This document shows positions 11,401 through 19,889 of a stretch of 64,000 nucleotides of DNA, in pieces (positions within the stretch are counted from its first letter, which is position 1; each line of letters begins with the position of its first letter). The notes under the pieces are model-generated. The model searched no databases. It had not been told where the DNA came from and saw nothing but the letters and a program-made list of their open reading frames with translations. The position numbers and the translations under genes were made by a program. The stretch comes from Deltaproteobacteria bacterium (GTDB lineage Bacteria > Myxococcota_A > Polyangia > Fen-1088): positions 224,001 to 288,000 of the forward strand of contig JANRKS010000034.1 in NCBI GenBank assembly GCA_033763315.1. Reading direction: 5' to 3'.

Positions 11401-14061
11401 ACGATCGGCTCGTCGGCGGACGCCAACCTGTTGGATAAGCGTGGTGGCATCTTCGTGCGCCGCACGGATCAGATGTCCGACGATGATAAGTTGGTGATGC
11501 AAACCGTGGCACGCGTGATCGTAGCGGATACGGGTGGCACCTTGGCCAACCAAATGGATCGCCGCGCCCGCGGTGACGTGCGTGTGCCGCCTTTGGCAGC
11601 CACGCGCAAGCGTCGCGCGGAACCCTCGGAAGCGGCGAGTCCGGCGACGCCATCGACGCCGCAGTTATACGCGTGGAATGGCCTGGGTGGCTTTTCACCC
11701 GACGGGCGCGAGTACGTCATTACCACCGGGCCGGGCTTGGCCACACCCGCGCCGTGGGTCAACGTGATCGCCAACCCATGGTTTGGCACGGTGGTCAGTG
11801 AAACAGGGGCCGCCTATACGTGGTGTGAGAACGCGCATTCTTATCGTCTGTCGCCGTGGCACAACGATCCCGTCAGTGATCCGAGCGGTGAATGCTTTTA
11901 TGTGCGCGACGAAGAGGACGGCCGCGTGTGGTCGCCAACGCCGCAACCAGCCCCCGCTGCTGCGCCCTACACAACCCGCCATGGTTTTGGATACAGCACC
12001 TTTGCGTGTGAGGAGGGCGGCATCGCGACGACGCTCACGACTTTTGTGGCGACGGACGCACCGGTCAAGTTTGTGGTGTTAAAGGTGAGCAACCGTTCGG
12101 GCCGTCAACGGCGTGTGTCGTTGATGGGCTTTGTGGAATTGGTTATGGGGGCCGAGCGCGCCATCAATCTGCCGCACATCGTGACCGAGGTGGATCCGAA
12201 ATCAGGGGCGCTATTTGCCCGCAACGCCTACAGCAGTGACTTTGCGGCGCGCGTGGCGTTCATGGCCGGCAGTGAGCCGGCGCGGTCCGTATCGGGCGAT
12301 CGCCTAGAATTCCTTGGTCGCGCGGGCGCTTACGGCGCCCCGGCATGCATGACGCGTTCGCATCTGTCAGGCCGCGTGGGGGCGGGCTTCGATCCGTGCT
12401 TCGCGATGCAGCTGACACTTGATTTGGGTGACGGCCAAGAGCGCGAAATTGCGTTTATGTTTGGTTCGGGCCGCGACGTCACAGACGCACGGACGTTGGT
12501 GACACGCTTTCGTGGCACAGGGCCAGCCCACGCTGCGCTTGCGTTGGTCAACACGTATTGGCAGGCGACGCTGGGAGCCGTGAGCGTGCAAACGCCCGAT
12601 GTGGCGGTGAACGTGTTGGCGAATGGCTGGTTGTTGTACCAAGTCCTCGCTGCTCGTTTGTGGGCACGTAGCGGCTTTTATCAATCCGGCGGCGCGTTTG
12701 GATTCCGAGATCAGCTGCAAGATTCATTGGCCTTGGTGCACGCGCAGCCGCAACTGCTGCGCAGCCAAATCTTGCGCTGTGCTGAACACCAATTTCGCGA
12801 AGGTGACGTGCAACACTGGTGGCATCCGCCCTTGAGCCGGGGCGTGCGCACGCACATTTCTGACGATTATCTTTGGCTTCCCTTTGCGGTGTGCCGTTAC
12901 ATCGGGGCCGTGGGTGATACGGGCGTTCTAGAAGAACGCGCGGCTTTTCTTGAAGGCCGTGTGGTCAAGCGCGACGAGGATAGCTACTACGATCTGCCTG
13001 GGCGCTCCGATGAGCTTGGCACCGTTTACGAGCATTGCGTGCGCGCCATTAAACACGGGCTCCGCATGGGCGCCCATGGCTTGCCGTTGATGGGCAGCGG
13101 CGACTGGAACGACGGCATGAACCTTGTGGGCGAGCATGGCAAAGGCGAAAGCGTGTGGCTCGCCTTCTTCTTGTTCGACGTTCTGCAAAACTTTTCCCGG
13201 GTGGCGCAACAACGTGGTGACGAAGTGTTCGCGCAAATTTGCGTTGCCGAGGCAGCCAAGCTCAAAACCAACATCGAGGAACACGCCTGGGATGGCGCGT
13301 GGTACTTACGTGCGTTTTTCGACGATGGTCAAGCGATGGGGTCTGCCAGCAGCGTTGAATGTCAAATCGATTCGTTGCCGCAAAGCTGGTCCATCCTGTC
13401 GGGGGCAGGGCAGCCGCAACGCGTTCAACAAGCGCTGGCCGCCTTGGATGAGCGGTTGGTGAACCGGCCGCTGGGCTTGATCAAATTGTTTGATCCCGCG
13501 TTTGATACATCGCCGCAAAATCCGGGCTATGTGAAGGGTTACGTGCCCGGCGTGCGCGAGAACGGTGGGCAATACACGCACGCCGCGGTGTGGGCGGTGA
13601 TGGCATTTGCCGCGGCGGGCGACGCTGAGCGTGCGTGGGAACTGTTCGGCCTCATCAACCCGGTGAACCACGGCAACAGCGCCAAGACCATCTCGGTTTA
13701 TAAAGTGGAACCCTACGTGGTGGCGGCCGACGTCTACACCAACCCGCAGCACGCGGGGCGGGGCGGATGGACGTGGTACACAGGCTCGGCCGGTTGGATG
13801 TACCAGCTGATCATCGAATCGCTGCTAGGCTTGCACCTGGAAGTGGATCACTTGCGTTTGGCCCCGTTGCTCCCGAAGGCCTGGCCTTCTGTTGATGTGC
13901 GCTATCGTTTCCGCAACACCACGTACCACATCACCATGAGGCGACGCAGTGGCAGCAACTCGCTCACGCGCGTGGTGTGCGATGGCGCTGAGCAGCCGGA
14001 TAAGACGGTGCCGCTGGTCGACGATGGCGGCAACCACGAAGTGCAGGTGGACTTGGGCTGA
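5407..14061 (+). CDS. ndvB: Cyclic beta-1,2-glucan synthase (Cgs/NdvB/ChvB: GT84 + cyclisation domain + GH94 phosphorylase)
   Basis: 2884 aa; WLLDNYHLIEEQ, WERKRGKL, LDADT, SHDLLEG, RRSRWIRGDW, TM helices, SWSGSMFEYLMP, GAFGFRDQLQD, WNDG, RENGGQYTH, GGWTWYTGSAGW. Start codon uncertain. Confidence 0.95.
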   Translation: MRATRLGVGALLARAGGVLVPKDSQSGLQAAVARAPLEAPFRSELFSVSQLEHHARSLAATHEVGRVGREAEDLLGRLGTNARVLAQAYSQVSEAITQGKRITPAAEWLLDNYHLIEEQVRTARRHLPRGYVRELPCLTNSTSPGRPRVYDIAIELISHADGRVDMEGVQAFITAYQTVTPLGLGELWAIPIMLRLALIENLRRVSVDVTAGQNERARACLWADQMIAMAAKEPGKVVLVLADMVRDVTSPSNAFAAELASRVQARGPSLAIAMSWLEQRLAEHGQTVEQVFQLTSQTQASAQVSFGNSIGSLRFLGATDWREFVEATSVVEHALRTDPAGVYPQMDFATRDRYRHVVEQIAKASDVTQAQVASCVLEAARERDAAGDKRGAHVGHFLIGEGHLLVERAVSAHWPWLRRVGSVCERLPLLVYLGAIAATTAIATSPLVWWAKERGFDRVSLIAWSLLIALCASQTALALVHWAATILVKPRVLPRLDFSEGIPPQHRTVVAVPALLTDLREVDELLEGLEVRMLANRDNNVVFALLTDLRDAAAESVQGDADVVERARAGITTLNERYAGQAVFFLYHRDRRFNPREGVWMGWERKRGKLEQFNEALRGDDSGFALIVGPKAQMANIKYVVALDADTQLPRDAARLLVGTLAHPLNRPVFDDAGRVVSGYSILQPGLGITMPSARRSLFSRLFAGESGIDPYTRAVSDIYQDLFDEGSFVGKGIYDVDALRKALRNRFPENRILSHDLLEGAHARAGLVSDVVLFEDYPYAHAADVSRRSRWIRGDWQITPWLWPRVPSAASGQRLRNPLSGLSRWKLLDNLRRSLLPVALLAALVIGWLLPGAALLHTLIVVSIFALPGLLTAATDLARRPSDLPFNYHALSIARALARQLLRELFNLAMLPYDAFISIDAITRTGFRVLVSHKRLLQWRTASDAQRSAHADVAGTYVSMWSLPITAMVLAFVILQRNPEALPVAGCLLALWMFAPAASWWVSQPLRPAQPAMSKTDVAFLRMVARRTWRFFETFVGPDDNDLPPDNVQEDPPQGIAHRTSPTNIGMSLLANLAAFDFGYIAGKEVVARTQRTLATMDRLQRHRGHFYNWYDTKTLEPLRPLYVSTVDSGNLAGHLLTLAAGLREMETAPAFSPARVFEGLSTTLEVIIEVAGTLPTASAEALSALQSQVQTQPGTLLQAHNQLHTMVSRAAELAQSALDVVGDETHWWIDAFESQCRGWLAELEALAPWLLLSPPEILLELPGLTPLALARLEVGNEAMPALRDAVAASAERAASRLTELRALGARCTELADLEYGFLYDDARRLLSIGYNVADHRLDASFYDLLASEARLASYVAIAQGKLPQEHWFSLGRLLTTSAGKQALLSWSGSMFEYLMPLLVMPTYEQTLLDETYRAVVERQVEYGRERGVPWGVSESGYNKTDAHLNYQYRAFGVPGLGFKRGLADDLVVAPYASAMGLMINPTASSANLRTLAKQGIFASYGFYEAIDYTTPRLPPGQDSVVVKSFMAHHQGMALLSLVYLLCERPMQRRFASDPAFLATDLLLQERVPKATAVFPHLAEVAASRGPAAENKPNLRFFNTWNTEAPEVHLLSNGQYHVMVTNAGGGSSRWRDLSVTRWREDPTRDHWGTFCYVRDLQTGTFWSAAHHPTRKAPSGYEVIFSEGRAEYRRRDGDIETFMEISVSPEDDLELRRISITNRGATPRRVELTSYAEVVLAMAAADVAHPAFSNLFVQTELLTDRQAILCTRRPRSGGERPPWMMHSMTVHGTASGGTSFETSRTNFIGRGRTVADPVALHEPTLGNSEGSVLDPIVSIRNTLVVQPDETSHVHIVTGMAETREGALALVEKYQDRHLADRVFELSWTQSQVVLRRLDVTEADTQLFGRLASNILYANAAMRAPASVIMRNRSGQSGLWGYGISGDLPIVLLRVADLSALPLVKQLVQAHVYWRLKGLATDLVIWNDDQSGYRQELHDGIINTIGSSADANLLDKRGGIFVRRTDQMSDDDKLVMQTVARVIVADTGGTLANQMDRRARGDVRVPPLAATRKRRAEPSEAASPATPSTPQLYAWNGLGGFSPDGREYVITTGPGLATPAPWVNVIANPWFGTVVSETGAAYTWCENAHSYRLSPWHNDPVSDPSGECFYVRDEEDGRVWSPTPQPAPAAAPYTTRHGFGYSTFACEEGGIATTLTTFVATDAPVKFVVLKVSNRSGRQRRVSLMGFVELVMGAERAINLPHIVTEVDPKSGALFARNAYSSDFAARVAFMAGSEPARSVSGDRLEFLGRAGAYGAPACMTRSHLSGRVGAGFDPCFAMQLTLDLGDGQEREIAFMFGSGRDVTDARTLVTRFRGTGPAHAALALVNTYWQATLGAVSVQTPDVAVNVLANGWLLYQVLAARLWARSGFYQSGGAFGFRDQLQDSLALVHAQPQLLRSQILRCAEHQFREGDVQHWWHPPLSRGVRTHISDDYLWLPFAVCRYIGAVGDTGVLEERAAFLEGRVVKRDEDSYYDLPGRSDELGTVYEHCVRAIKHGLRMGAHGLPLMGSGDWNDGMNLVGEHGKGESVWLAFFLFDVLQNFSRVAQQRGDEVFAQICVAEAAKLKTNIEEHAWDGAWYLRAFFDDGQAMGSASSVECQIDSLPQSWSILSGAGQPQRVQQALAALDERLVNRPLGLIKLFDPAFDTSPQNPGYVKGYVPGVRENGGQYTHAAVWAVMAFAAAGDAERAWELFGLINPVNHGNSAKTISVYKVEPYVVAADVYTNPQHAGRGGWTWYTGSAGWMYQLIIESLLGLHLEVDHLRLAPLLPKAWPSVDVRYRFRNTTYHITMRRRSGSNSLTRVVCDGAEQPDKTVPLVDDGGNHEVQVDLG

Positions 14062-14123
14062 GCCGCTCACAAAAGCGTTCACCGCCGGTGACACAAAATC
14101 GGCGGCGCGGTGTTTGTGCCGGT

Positions 14124-14663
14124 ATGAAGCACTCACTTACCGTTGCTTTCGTGGCGCTGTTGGCGGCTTGGGCGCAGCCCGAATATGCCCACGCGGCCGA
14201 TGAATCACTGGCCGTTTACGTCCAAGGTATGGGCGGCTCACAATCCAATAACAGTGGGGTCTCTTTGGGAGGCTTCGGCGTTCAGGCCGGCCTGCAGGTG
14301 CTGTTTCTGGAAGCCTACGTCAGCCAAACGTCCTTTGGTGCAGACACAAGCGTCACTCGCGCGGTGGCAGGCACCGTGTTCGACGTGAACTTTGGCCCGT
14401 GGGAGTTGTCATTGCACCTGGGGGTGGGGGCCATCGCCGGTTCGGGTGACGCCTTGCTGGGCCCAGGAACATCTGGCGATCAGAGCGGGGCCGTTGCGCG
14501 CGTCGGCCTCGGTCTAGAGCGCGACTTGGGTGCTTTCTTCGCGGCCGGCGCGAGCTTGGAAAGCGAGACTTATTCAGTCAAATCCGCATCGGGTGACGAC
14601 CGTTGGTCGGGAGGCTCGAGCGTCTTCCTGTCGGGACACCTCAAGTTTGAGCTCGGCATTTAG
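14124..14663 (+). CDS. Secreted small outer-membrane beta-barrel-like protein
   Basis: Signal peptide ending AHA; alternating beta-strand pattern; C-terminal HLKFELGI. Confidence 0.6.
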   Translation: MKHSLTVAFVALLAAWAQPEYAHAADESLAVYVQGMGGSQSNNSGVSLGGFGVQAGLQVLFLEAYVSQTSFGADTSVTRAVAGTVFDVNFGPWELSLHLGVGAIAGSGDALLGPGTSGDQSGAVARVGLGLERDLGAFFAAGASLESETYSVKSASGDDRWSGGSSVFLSGHLKFELGI

Positions 14664-14727
14664 CCGCACCATCACGCCGCGCTTCGTCACGCCTGCCACG
14701 CGGCCGCAAAACCAGTACACTGCGGTT

Positions 14728-15585
14728 ATGAGCCCGCCCGACGAACACGCCGTTCCCTTTCCCGCGCCCTTGCCCGGGGCGATGAAGCTTTCGACGCAGC
14801 GACGTTTTGATCGCACGGCGCGGCTCATCGGCGATGCTGGGTTGGCCAAGTTGGCCGCCTCCACGGTGACGATTTTTGGCGTGGGCGGCGTGGGATCGTT
14901 TGCGGCCGAAGGCCTGGCACGCGCAGGCGTGGGGCGCTTGATCTTGGTTGATTTTGATCGCGTGTGCGTGACCAACGTCAACCGTCAGATCCACGCCATG
15001 AAAGGCACATTGGGCAAATCCAAGGTGGCCGTCATGGCGGAACGGTTGCTGCAAATCAATCCGGACATGCAGGTGCAAACGCGCAGTGAGTTCTATAGCG
15101 AGCGCACATCATCCCGGCTGCTCACGCCTGAGCCCGACGTCATCATCGACGCCATCGATAACGTGACGGCCAAGATTCATCTGTTGGCCACGGCCGTTCG
15201 CGAACGTTTGCGCATCGTCACCGCGATGGGCGCCGCCGCGCGCATGGATCCCACGCGCGTGAAAACCGCTGATCTGATGCTCACAAGTGGCTGTGGCTTG
15301 GCACGCGAAGTGCGCTCGTTGTTGCGAAAGAACTACGGCCTTGGCGAGCCCAACAAGGCGATGGGTGTCACCGCCGTTTACTCAGATGAGCCGGCCATCG
15401 CGCCCGTCCCGCTTGGTTATGACAACGGCGGCTTCGAGTGTGTGTGCCCGTCAGGCGACAATGGCTTGCACGATTGTGACTCGCGCATCGTTATCAACGG
15501 CAGCTCGCCGTTTGTGCCCTCGGTGTTCGGCATGACAGCCGCGTCTGTGGCCGTTCGCATGATCACCGGCACATACGTGCCCTAG
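14728..15585 (+). CDS. tcdA: tRNA threonylcarbamoyladenosine dehydratase (ThiF/E1-like)
   Basis: RFDRTARLIG, GVGGVGS, DFDRVCVTNVNRQ, IDAID, MGAAARMDPT, VYSDE, GSSPFVPSVFG. Confidence 0.9.
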   Translation: MSPPDEHAVPFPAPLPGAMKLSTQRRFDRTARLIGDAGLAKLAASTVTIFGVGGVGSFAAEGLARAGVGRLILVDFDRVCVTNVNRQIHAMKGTLGKSKVAVMAERLLQINPDMQVQTRSEFYSERTSSRLLTPEPDVIIDAIDNVTAKIHLLATAVRERLRIVTAMGAAARMDPTRVKTADLMLTSGCGLAREVRSLLRKNYGLGEPNKAMGVTAVYSDEPAIAPVPLGYDNGGFECVCPSGDNGLHDCDSRIVINGSSPFVPSVFGMTAASVAVRMITGTYVP

Positions 15586-16121
15586 TCTTTGCTGGGCTTC
15601 GCCGCTGGATCGAACCGCGCGATTTGCAATGAAGCTGGATCCACTTCATCGACCCAACCGGCCTTCGACGTGGGAAACGCGTCTGCGTAGGGGATATAGG
15701 GTTTTACGTCGAGGATCGGCGTGCCATCCAACAAATCGATGCCCTTGACGTGCAAGTGGCAGCCATCGACGCGCATCAATCTCACGACCGACAATCCAAT
15801 CGGGTTGGGACGATCGGGGGAACGCGTGGCGAACAGGCTGCGCCGCACGCGTTCGCCTCGCGGCGGGGTGACTTGGGGTGACCATGTGCCACCCCGGTGC
15901 AGCCAACTCACCACCCATACCCGCTCCATGCCTTGCAGGTCGGCGAGGGACTCGGGCGGGATCAGATTGGGGTCGAGCTCGAGCACCGCGGCCTGATCGG
16001 AATCGACGGCCGTGGCCTGCTGAGGCGTGCCAAAGCGACGTTCGTAGGGTGAGCGTACCCAACCGATGGGCGATGCCACGAAGGGACCTGCAGGTCGAGA
16101 AGGTGAATCCGGCGCCGTCAT
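15582..16121 (-). CDS. trmO: TrmO/TsaA-family SAM-binding tRNA m6t6A37 methyltransferase (single-domain form)
   Basis: PIGWVRSPY, FGTPQQ, LFATRSPDRPNPIGLS, GIDLLDGTPILDVKPYIPYAD. Confidence 0.88.
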   Translation of the reverse strand: MTAPDSPSRPAGPFVASPIGWVRSPYERRFGTPQQATAVDSDQAAVLELDPNLIPPESLADLQGMERVWVVSWLHRGGTWSPQVTPPRGERVRRSLFATRSPDRPNPIGLSVVRLMRVDGCHLHVKGIDLLDGTPILDVKPYIPYADAFPTSKAGWVDEVDPASLQIARFDPAAKPSKD

Positions 16122-16163
16122 ACGTTTGACTTATGCGATGTGAACGCAATCTTCAAACGCCAG

Positions 16164-17234
16164 ATGACGACAAGCGCTCTGCGTGGGAAAGTTTCGTACT
16201 CCTTTACCCAATCCGTGGCCGCCTCCGACGCAAAGCCTATAAGCTCCGAAACCCTTCGTGCGGCCGCACGTGAGGCGAGGTTTACGTTGGTGGGTTTCGC
16301 CGAACCATTGCCCATCGACGGGGCGCCGTTGCGCGCGTGGTTGGCGAACGGGCACGCGGCCGATATGGATTGGATGCACAAAAATGTAGAGGAGCGGCTA
16401 GATCCTTCGCTGGTTGTGCCCAACGTGCGCACGGTGATGGCGCTGGGCATTGGCTACCGCCGCCCGGCCAATGAACGTTCGCGCGTCGCCAGCTACGCGC
16501 GTGGCCGCGACTACCATTACGCTCACCGCGATCGCATGCGCAAAATGCGTAAAGCGCTGATGGATTTGGATCCCACGATGCGCATCTACGCGTGCGTCGA
16601 TACGGGTATGGCCATGGAGAAGGTGTGGGCTGAACGTGCGGGCTTGGGTTGGATCGGTAAGAACGGTTTGCTTATCAACCGCGAGCTCGGCTCGTGGGTC
16701 ACCTTGTCGGTGATGTACTTTGATCGCGCGGTCGACGTTTACGATAAGCCGCACGAATTTCTGTGTGGCGATTGTGTGCGTTGCCTCAACGGCTGCCCCA
16801 CGGGCGCCTTCCCCTCACCTGGCGTGGTGGACGCGCGGTTGTGCCTTTCTTATCAATCGATCGAGAACCGCGGCGAGGTGCCGGAGCGTTTGCGCCGGGG
16901 CTTCGTGGGCCGCATCTTTGGGTGCGACATTTGCCAAGACGTGTGCCCGTGGAACCGGGATGACATTCCTGTTGGAGATCGTCGTTTCGAGCCACGGCCG
17001 CTGTCGTCGCTTTCCCCGGCACAGATCGCGGCGCTCGGGGAGGAAGAATTCAAGGCGTTGTCTGCGGGCATGGCGGTGGCGCGCGCGCAATATCACGGCC
17101 TGCGCCGCAACGCTTTGCTCACGTTAGGCGCGCAGCGAGATCAGAAAAGCCGCCCGGTGATCGAGCGGCTTTGCGATGACGAAAGCCCGATAGTTGCGGA
17201 AGCGGCACGCTGGGCGTTGCAACGTTTGGGTTGA
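16164..17234 (+). CDS. queG: Epoxyqueuosine reductase
   Basis: YARGRDYH, VDTG..MEK.WAERAGLGWIGKN, two 4Fe-4S motifs (CGDCVRCLNGCPT, GCDICQDVCPWN), HEAT-like tail. Confidence 0.93.
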   Translation: MTTSALRGKVSYSFTQSVAASDAKPISSETLRAAAREARFTLVGFAEPLPIDGAPLRAWLANGHAADMDWMHKNVEERLDPSLVVPNVRTVMALGIGYRRPANERSRVASYARGRDYHYAHRDRMRKMRKALMDLDPTMRIYACVDTGMAMEKVWAERAGLGWIGKNGLLINRELGSWVTLSVMYFDRAVDVYDKPHEFLCGDCVRCLNGCPTGAFPSPGVVDARLCLSYQSIENRGEVPERLRRGFVGRIFGCDICQDVCPWNRDDIPVGDRRFEPRPLSSLSPAQIAALGEEEFKALSAGMAVARAQYHGLRRNALLTLGAQRDQKSRPVIERLCDDESPIVAEAARWALQRLG

Positions 17235-17254
17235 GTCAGCGATCGGCCAGGCGG

Positions 17255-17674
17255 CTAAAGCGCTCCCGCCGCGCGGCCCCGCGTAACCCAGGTGCCCCGC
17301 TTCCATGCGACCACAAGCAGCAGGGCGGCAAAAACCGCGGGCATCACAGCCATGGGTGCAGCGCCCATCCGAACCGTGGTCACGACGGCCCCCACCATGA
17401 TGATGAATAAACCTACCGCTGCCACGGGCGTCAGCGCCGGTTTGATGCGCAAGAGCAGAGGCAGGATCAGGCCCAACGCGCCCAGGATTTCTGCGGCGCC
17501 GATGAAATGAATGAAACCGCCGGAAAAACCTGTTCCTTTCGTCATTTCCTCAACCGGCATGAGGAATTTGGACACGCCCGAGAACAGGAACATCGCCGCA
17601 AGCACCCCTTGAATGATCCACAAGGTGATGTTGGCTGCGCGTGAAGGCGAGGGCGATTTTGATACGTCGTTCAT
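17255..17674 (-). CDS. DoxX-family membrane protein
   Basis: Four TM segments; LWIIQGVLAAMFLFSGVSK, FIGAAEILGALGLILP. Confidence 0.85.
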   Translation of the reverse strand: MNDVSKSPSPSRAANITLWIIQGVLAAMFLFSGVSKFLMPVEEMTKGTGFSGGFIHFIGAAEILGALGLILPLLLRIKPALTPVAAVGLFIIMVGAVVTTVRMGAAPMAVMPAVFAALLLVVAWKRGTWVTRGRAAGAL

Positions 17675-17748
17675 GATGGGATCCTTTGTTGGTTGCCCTT
17701 ATACGACGAACGGCTCGCGCTTGCCTCGACACGCCCTGATGGCGATTA

Positions 17749-18294
17749 TCATTTCTTGCCCCAATGCTCCGGGTGCGTGCAACCATCGAAATGATCTCGC
17801 GCCACGTTACCGACGTAACCAAGCTCTTGGTGAATGCCAATGTCGGTTGTGTAGTAGGCCTCGATGGTGGCCGCCTTAAGCTCGACGAAAAACAGCTCGC
17901 CCTCGGATGCGGGAGCGGCTTCAGCTTTGGCCAAGCTCGCCAAAACGGCGTCTTGAGCTTGCGGGTTCAGGCTTGTAAATGCCTTGCCCGTTTGGCGACG
18001 CGACTCCTTGTCGAACGCCTGCAACCCGGCGCGCCATCGTTGCTTCGTCTTGTCAATGCGCGCTGCCAATAGATGATCAAGAAAGGGGGCCACCAACGCG
18101 GCGCGGGCGCCGCCTGAGTGCTCATCCGCAGGGATGATTCGTTCAGTGGCGGCGTCTAAAATCGCATTCTCAGCTGTAGTGAGAACGTGGCCACCCGCCA
18201 TTGCCAGCCGCTGTCGAAAGGCCAACGCGCTCGGCGCCAAGGCGCCGCTCGCTCCGATGATCTGCAACGCACGTCGTCGTGAGGTTGGTTCCAT
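17749..18294 (-). CDS. Gluconate 2-dehydrogenase subunit 3-family Tat protein
   Basis: SRRRAL twin-arginine signal, ERIIPADE..GA, FFVELKAATIEAYYTT.IG..ELGY.GN. Translationally coupled to the GMC gene. Confidence 0.85.
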   Translation of the reverse strand: MEPTSRRRALQIIGASGALAPSALAFRQRLAMAGGHVLTTAENAILDAATERIIPADEHSGGARAALVAPFLDHLLAARIDKTKQRWRAGLQAFDKESRRQTGKAFTSLNPQAQDAVLASLAKAEAAPASEGELFFVELKAATIEAYYTTDIGIHQELGYVGNVARDHFDGCTHPEHWGKK

Positions 18295-19889
18295 CACAGC
18301 GCCCTCCGGCGGCTTTGGGCAAGAAGATGGCGGGCCGCGCGCACGGACAGCGCCATCAACGTTAACGTTGGGTTCTTCTCAGGGAATGTGGGAAACGTGC
18401 TGCCGTCAGCCACAACGAGGTTGGGCACGTTATGCACTTGGCCCCACCGGTTTACCACGGATGTCTTTGGGTCATCGCCCATGCGGCAAGTGCCCGTCTC
18501 GTGGCTCGCGAAGCCACCAATGCGATTGCCACCAAACATCAGCTTCGCGCCGGCCATCTCGTGAATCTCGCGTGTCACGGCCATCATATCGGCGAACAGC
18601 GCGCGATCTTCGTCGCAGAACGAAAACTGCACGGTCGGCAAAGGAATGCCGAAGGGATCCGTTCGGTCTTTGTCAACGCTCACGAAGTTTTCGAATCTGG
18701 CCATCACCTTGCCGAAGGAGCCCATCTGCAACATCGCCGGTGCCAAAGAACGCACCTTCGCCTTCCATTGCGCGCCAAAACCAGGAACAGCGGGCGCGTG
18801 GTGAGGAAAATCGTAACGCGCAAACTGCGTTTGAATTTGAAAGCCGCCCTTATAGCCTTTGGTTTGGCGCGCGAAGCGCGGAATAATCGAGTGATCCAAC
18901 GCGCCATCGTTGTTTGTCATGGGCGCATCGCTCAAGGCCTCAAGATAGCCGAAGAAGTCAGCTTTTGAGTGGCCGCACAGCCAGCGACCAACCAGGCCAT
19001 TGTCGTTGCCCACGCCGTTGGGAGATTGGGGGCTGACCGAGTTCAAAAGCAAGCGGGGCGTCTCGATGCCTCCACAGGCCAGAACCACAGCTTTAGCGTG
19101 TAGCTCCTCTTCTTTGCCGGTCACGCGATCAATGATGGAGACTCCGGCGGCACGGCCTTTTTCGTTCAAGATCACAGCCCGTGCAAGCGCATTGGTGCGC
19201 AACCTCAGCCTTCCTGACGATTCAGCCGCGGGAAACAGCGCATTGGTGGTGTTGAAGATGGATTGGGAATGGCAACCCGACATGCAGTGGCCACAGTAGT
19301 GGCAGGCGCCACGCGTGCCGCGGACTTTGGTTGATATCGCCTTGCGCGTGGGAATCATGCGAATCTTGAGTTTCTCGCAAGCACGCGCCGCCAGAACCTC
19401 AGCGCAACGGAAGGCGGGTGGTTTTCCCCAATAGACGCTGTCTGGCACCACCTCCAAGTTCTCTCGCGTGCCCACGATTCCTACGGTGCGTTCGACGTAT
19501 TCATAGAACGGCACAAGTTCATTGTAGGAAAGTGGCCAGTCCACCTCGATGTCGTTGACCGTGTTTTCACGAAAATCATCCTTCGAGAACCGCAAACACA
19601 CTGCGTTCCAGTGCATGCTGCGCCCGCCAAGCGTGCGAATGCGATCCACAGCGACGTTATCCGTAGTCTTGTAGACCACGTCGCCAATGCTCTTGTCATA
19701 AAACGGTGAGGGGCGGCGGCGATCAGGCAGCTCGTAAGGATAAGCATGCGTGTCTAGCTGCGACAGATCCACTTTGGTTCCCGCTTCCAGGAGCAACACA
19801 TTTACCCCGGCACGCGCGAGTTCATACGCGGCGAACCCACCCGTGGGCCCCGAGCCAACCACAATCACATCGAAATCTGACTCTTTCAT
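18294..19889 (-). CDS. GMC-family FAD oxidoreductase with Fe-S Cys cluster (membrane sugar/glycoside dehydrogenase large subunit)
   Basis: VVGSGPTGG FAD motif, LGGRSMHW, CHYCGHCMSGC, HETGTCRMG, KNPTLT. ATG 19889 overlaps the upstream TGA. Confidence 0.9.
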   Translation of the reverse strand: MKESDFDVIVVGSGPTGGFAAYELARAGVNVLLLEAGTKVDLSQLDTHAYPYELPDRRRPSPFYDKSIGDVVYKTTDNVAVDRIRTLGGRSMHWNAVCLRFSKDDFRENTVNDIEVDWPLSYNELVPFYEYVERTVGIVGTRENLEVVPDSVYWGKPPAFRCAEVLAARACEKLKIRMIPTRKAISTKVRGTRGACHYCGHCMSGCHSQSIFNTTNALFPAAESSGRLRLRTNALARAVILNEKGRAAGVSIIDRVTGKEEELHAKAVVLACGGIETPRLLLNSVSPQSPNGVGNDNGLVGRWLCGHSKADFFGYLEALSDAPMTNNDGALDHSIIPRFARQTKGYKGGFQIQTQFARYDFPHHAPAVPGFGAQWKAKVRSLAPAMLQMGSFGKVMARFENFVSVDKDRTDPFGIPLPTVQFSFCDEDRALFADMMAVTREIHEMAGAKLMFGGNRIGGFASHETGTCRMGDDPKTSVVNRWGQVHNVPNLVVADGSTFPTFPEKNPTLTLMALSVRAARHLLAQSRRRAL

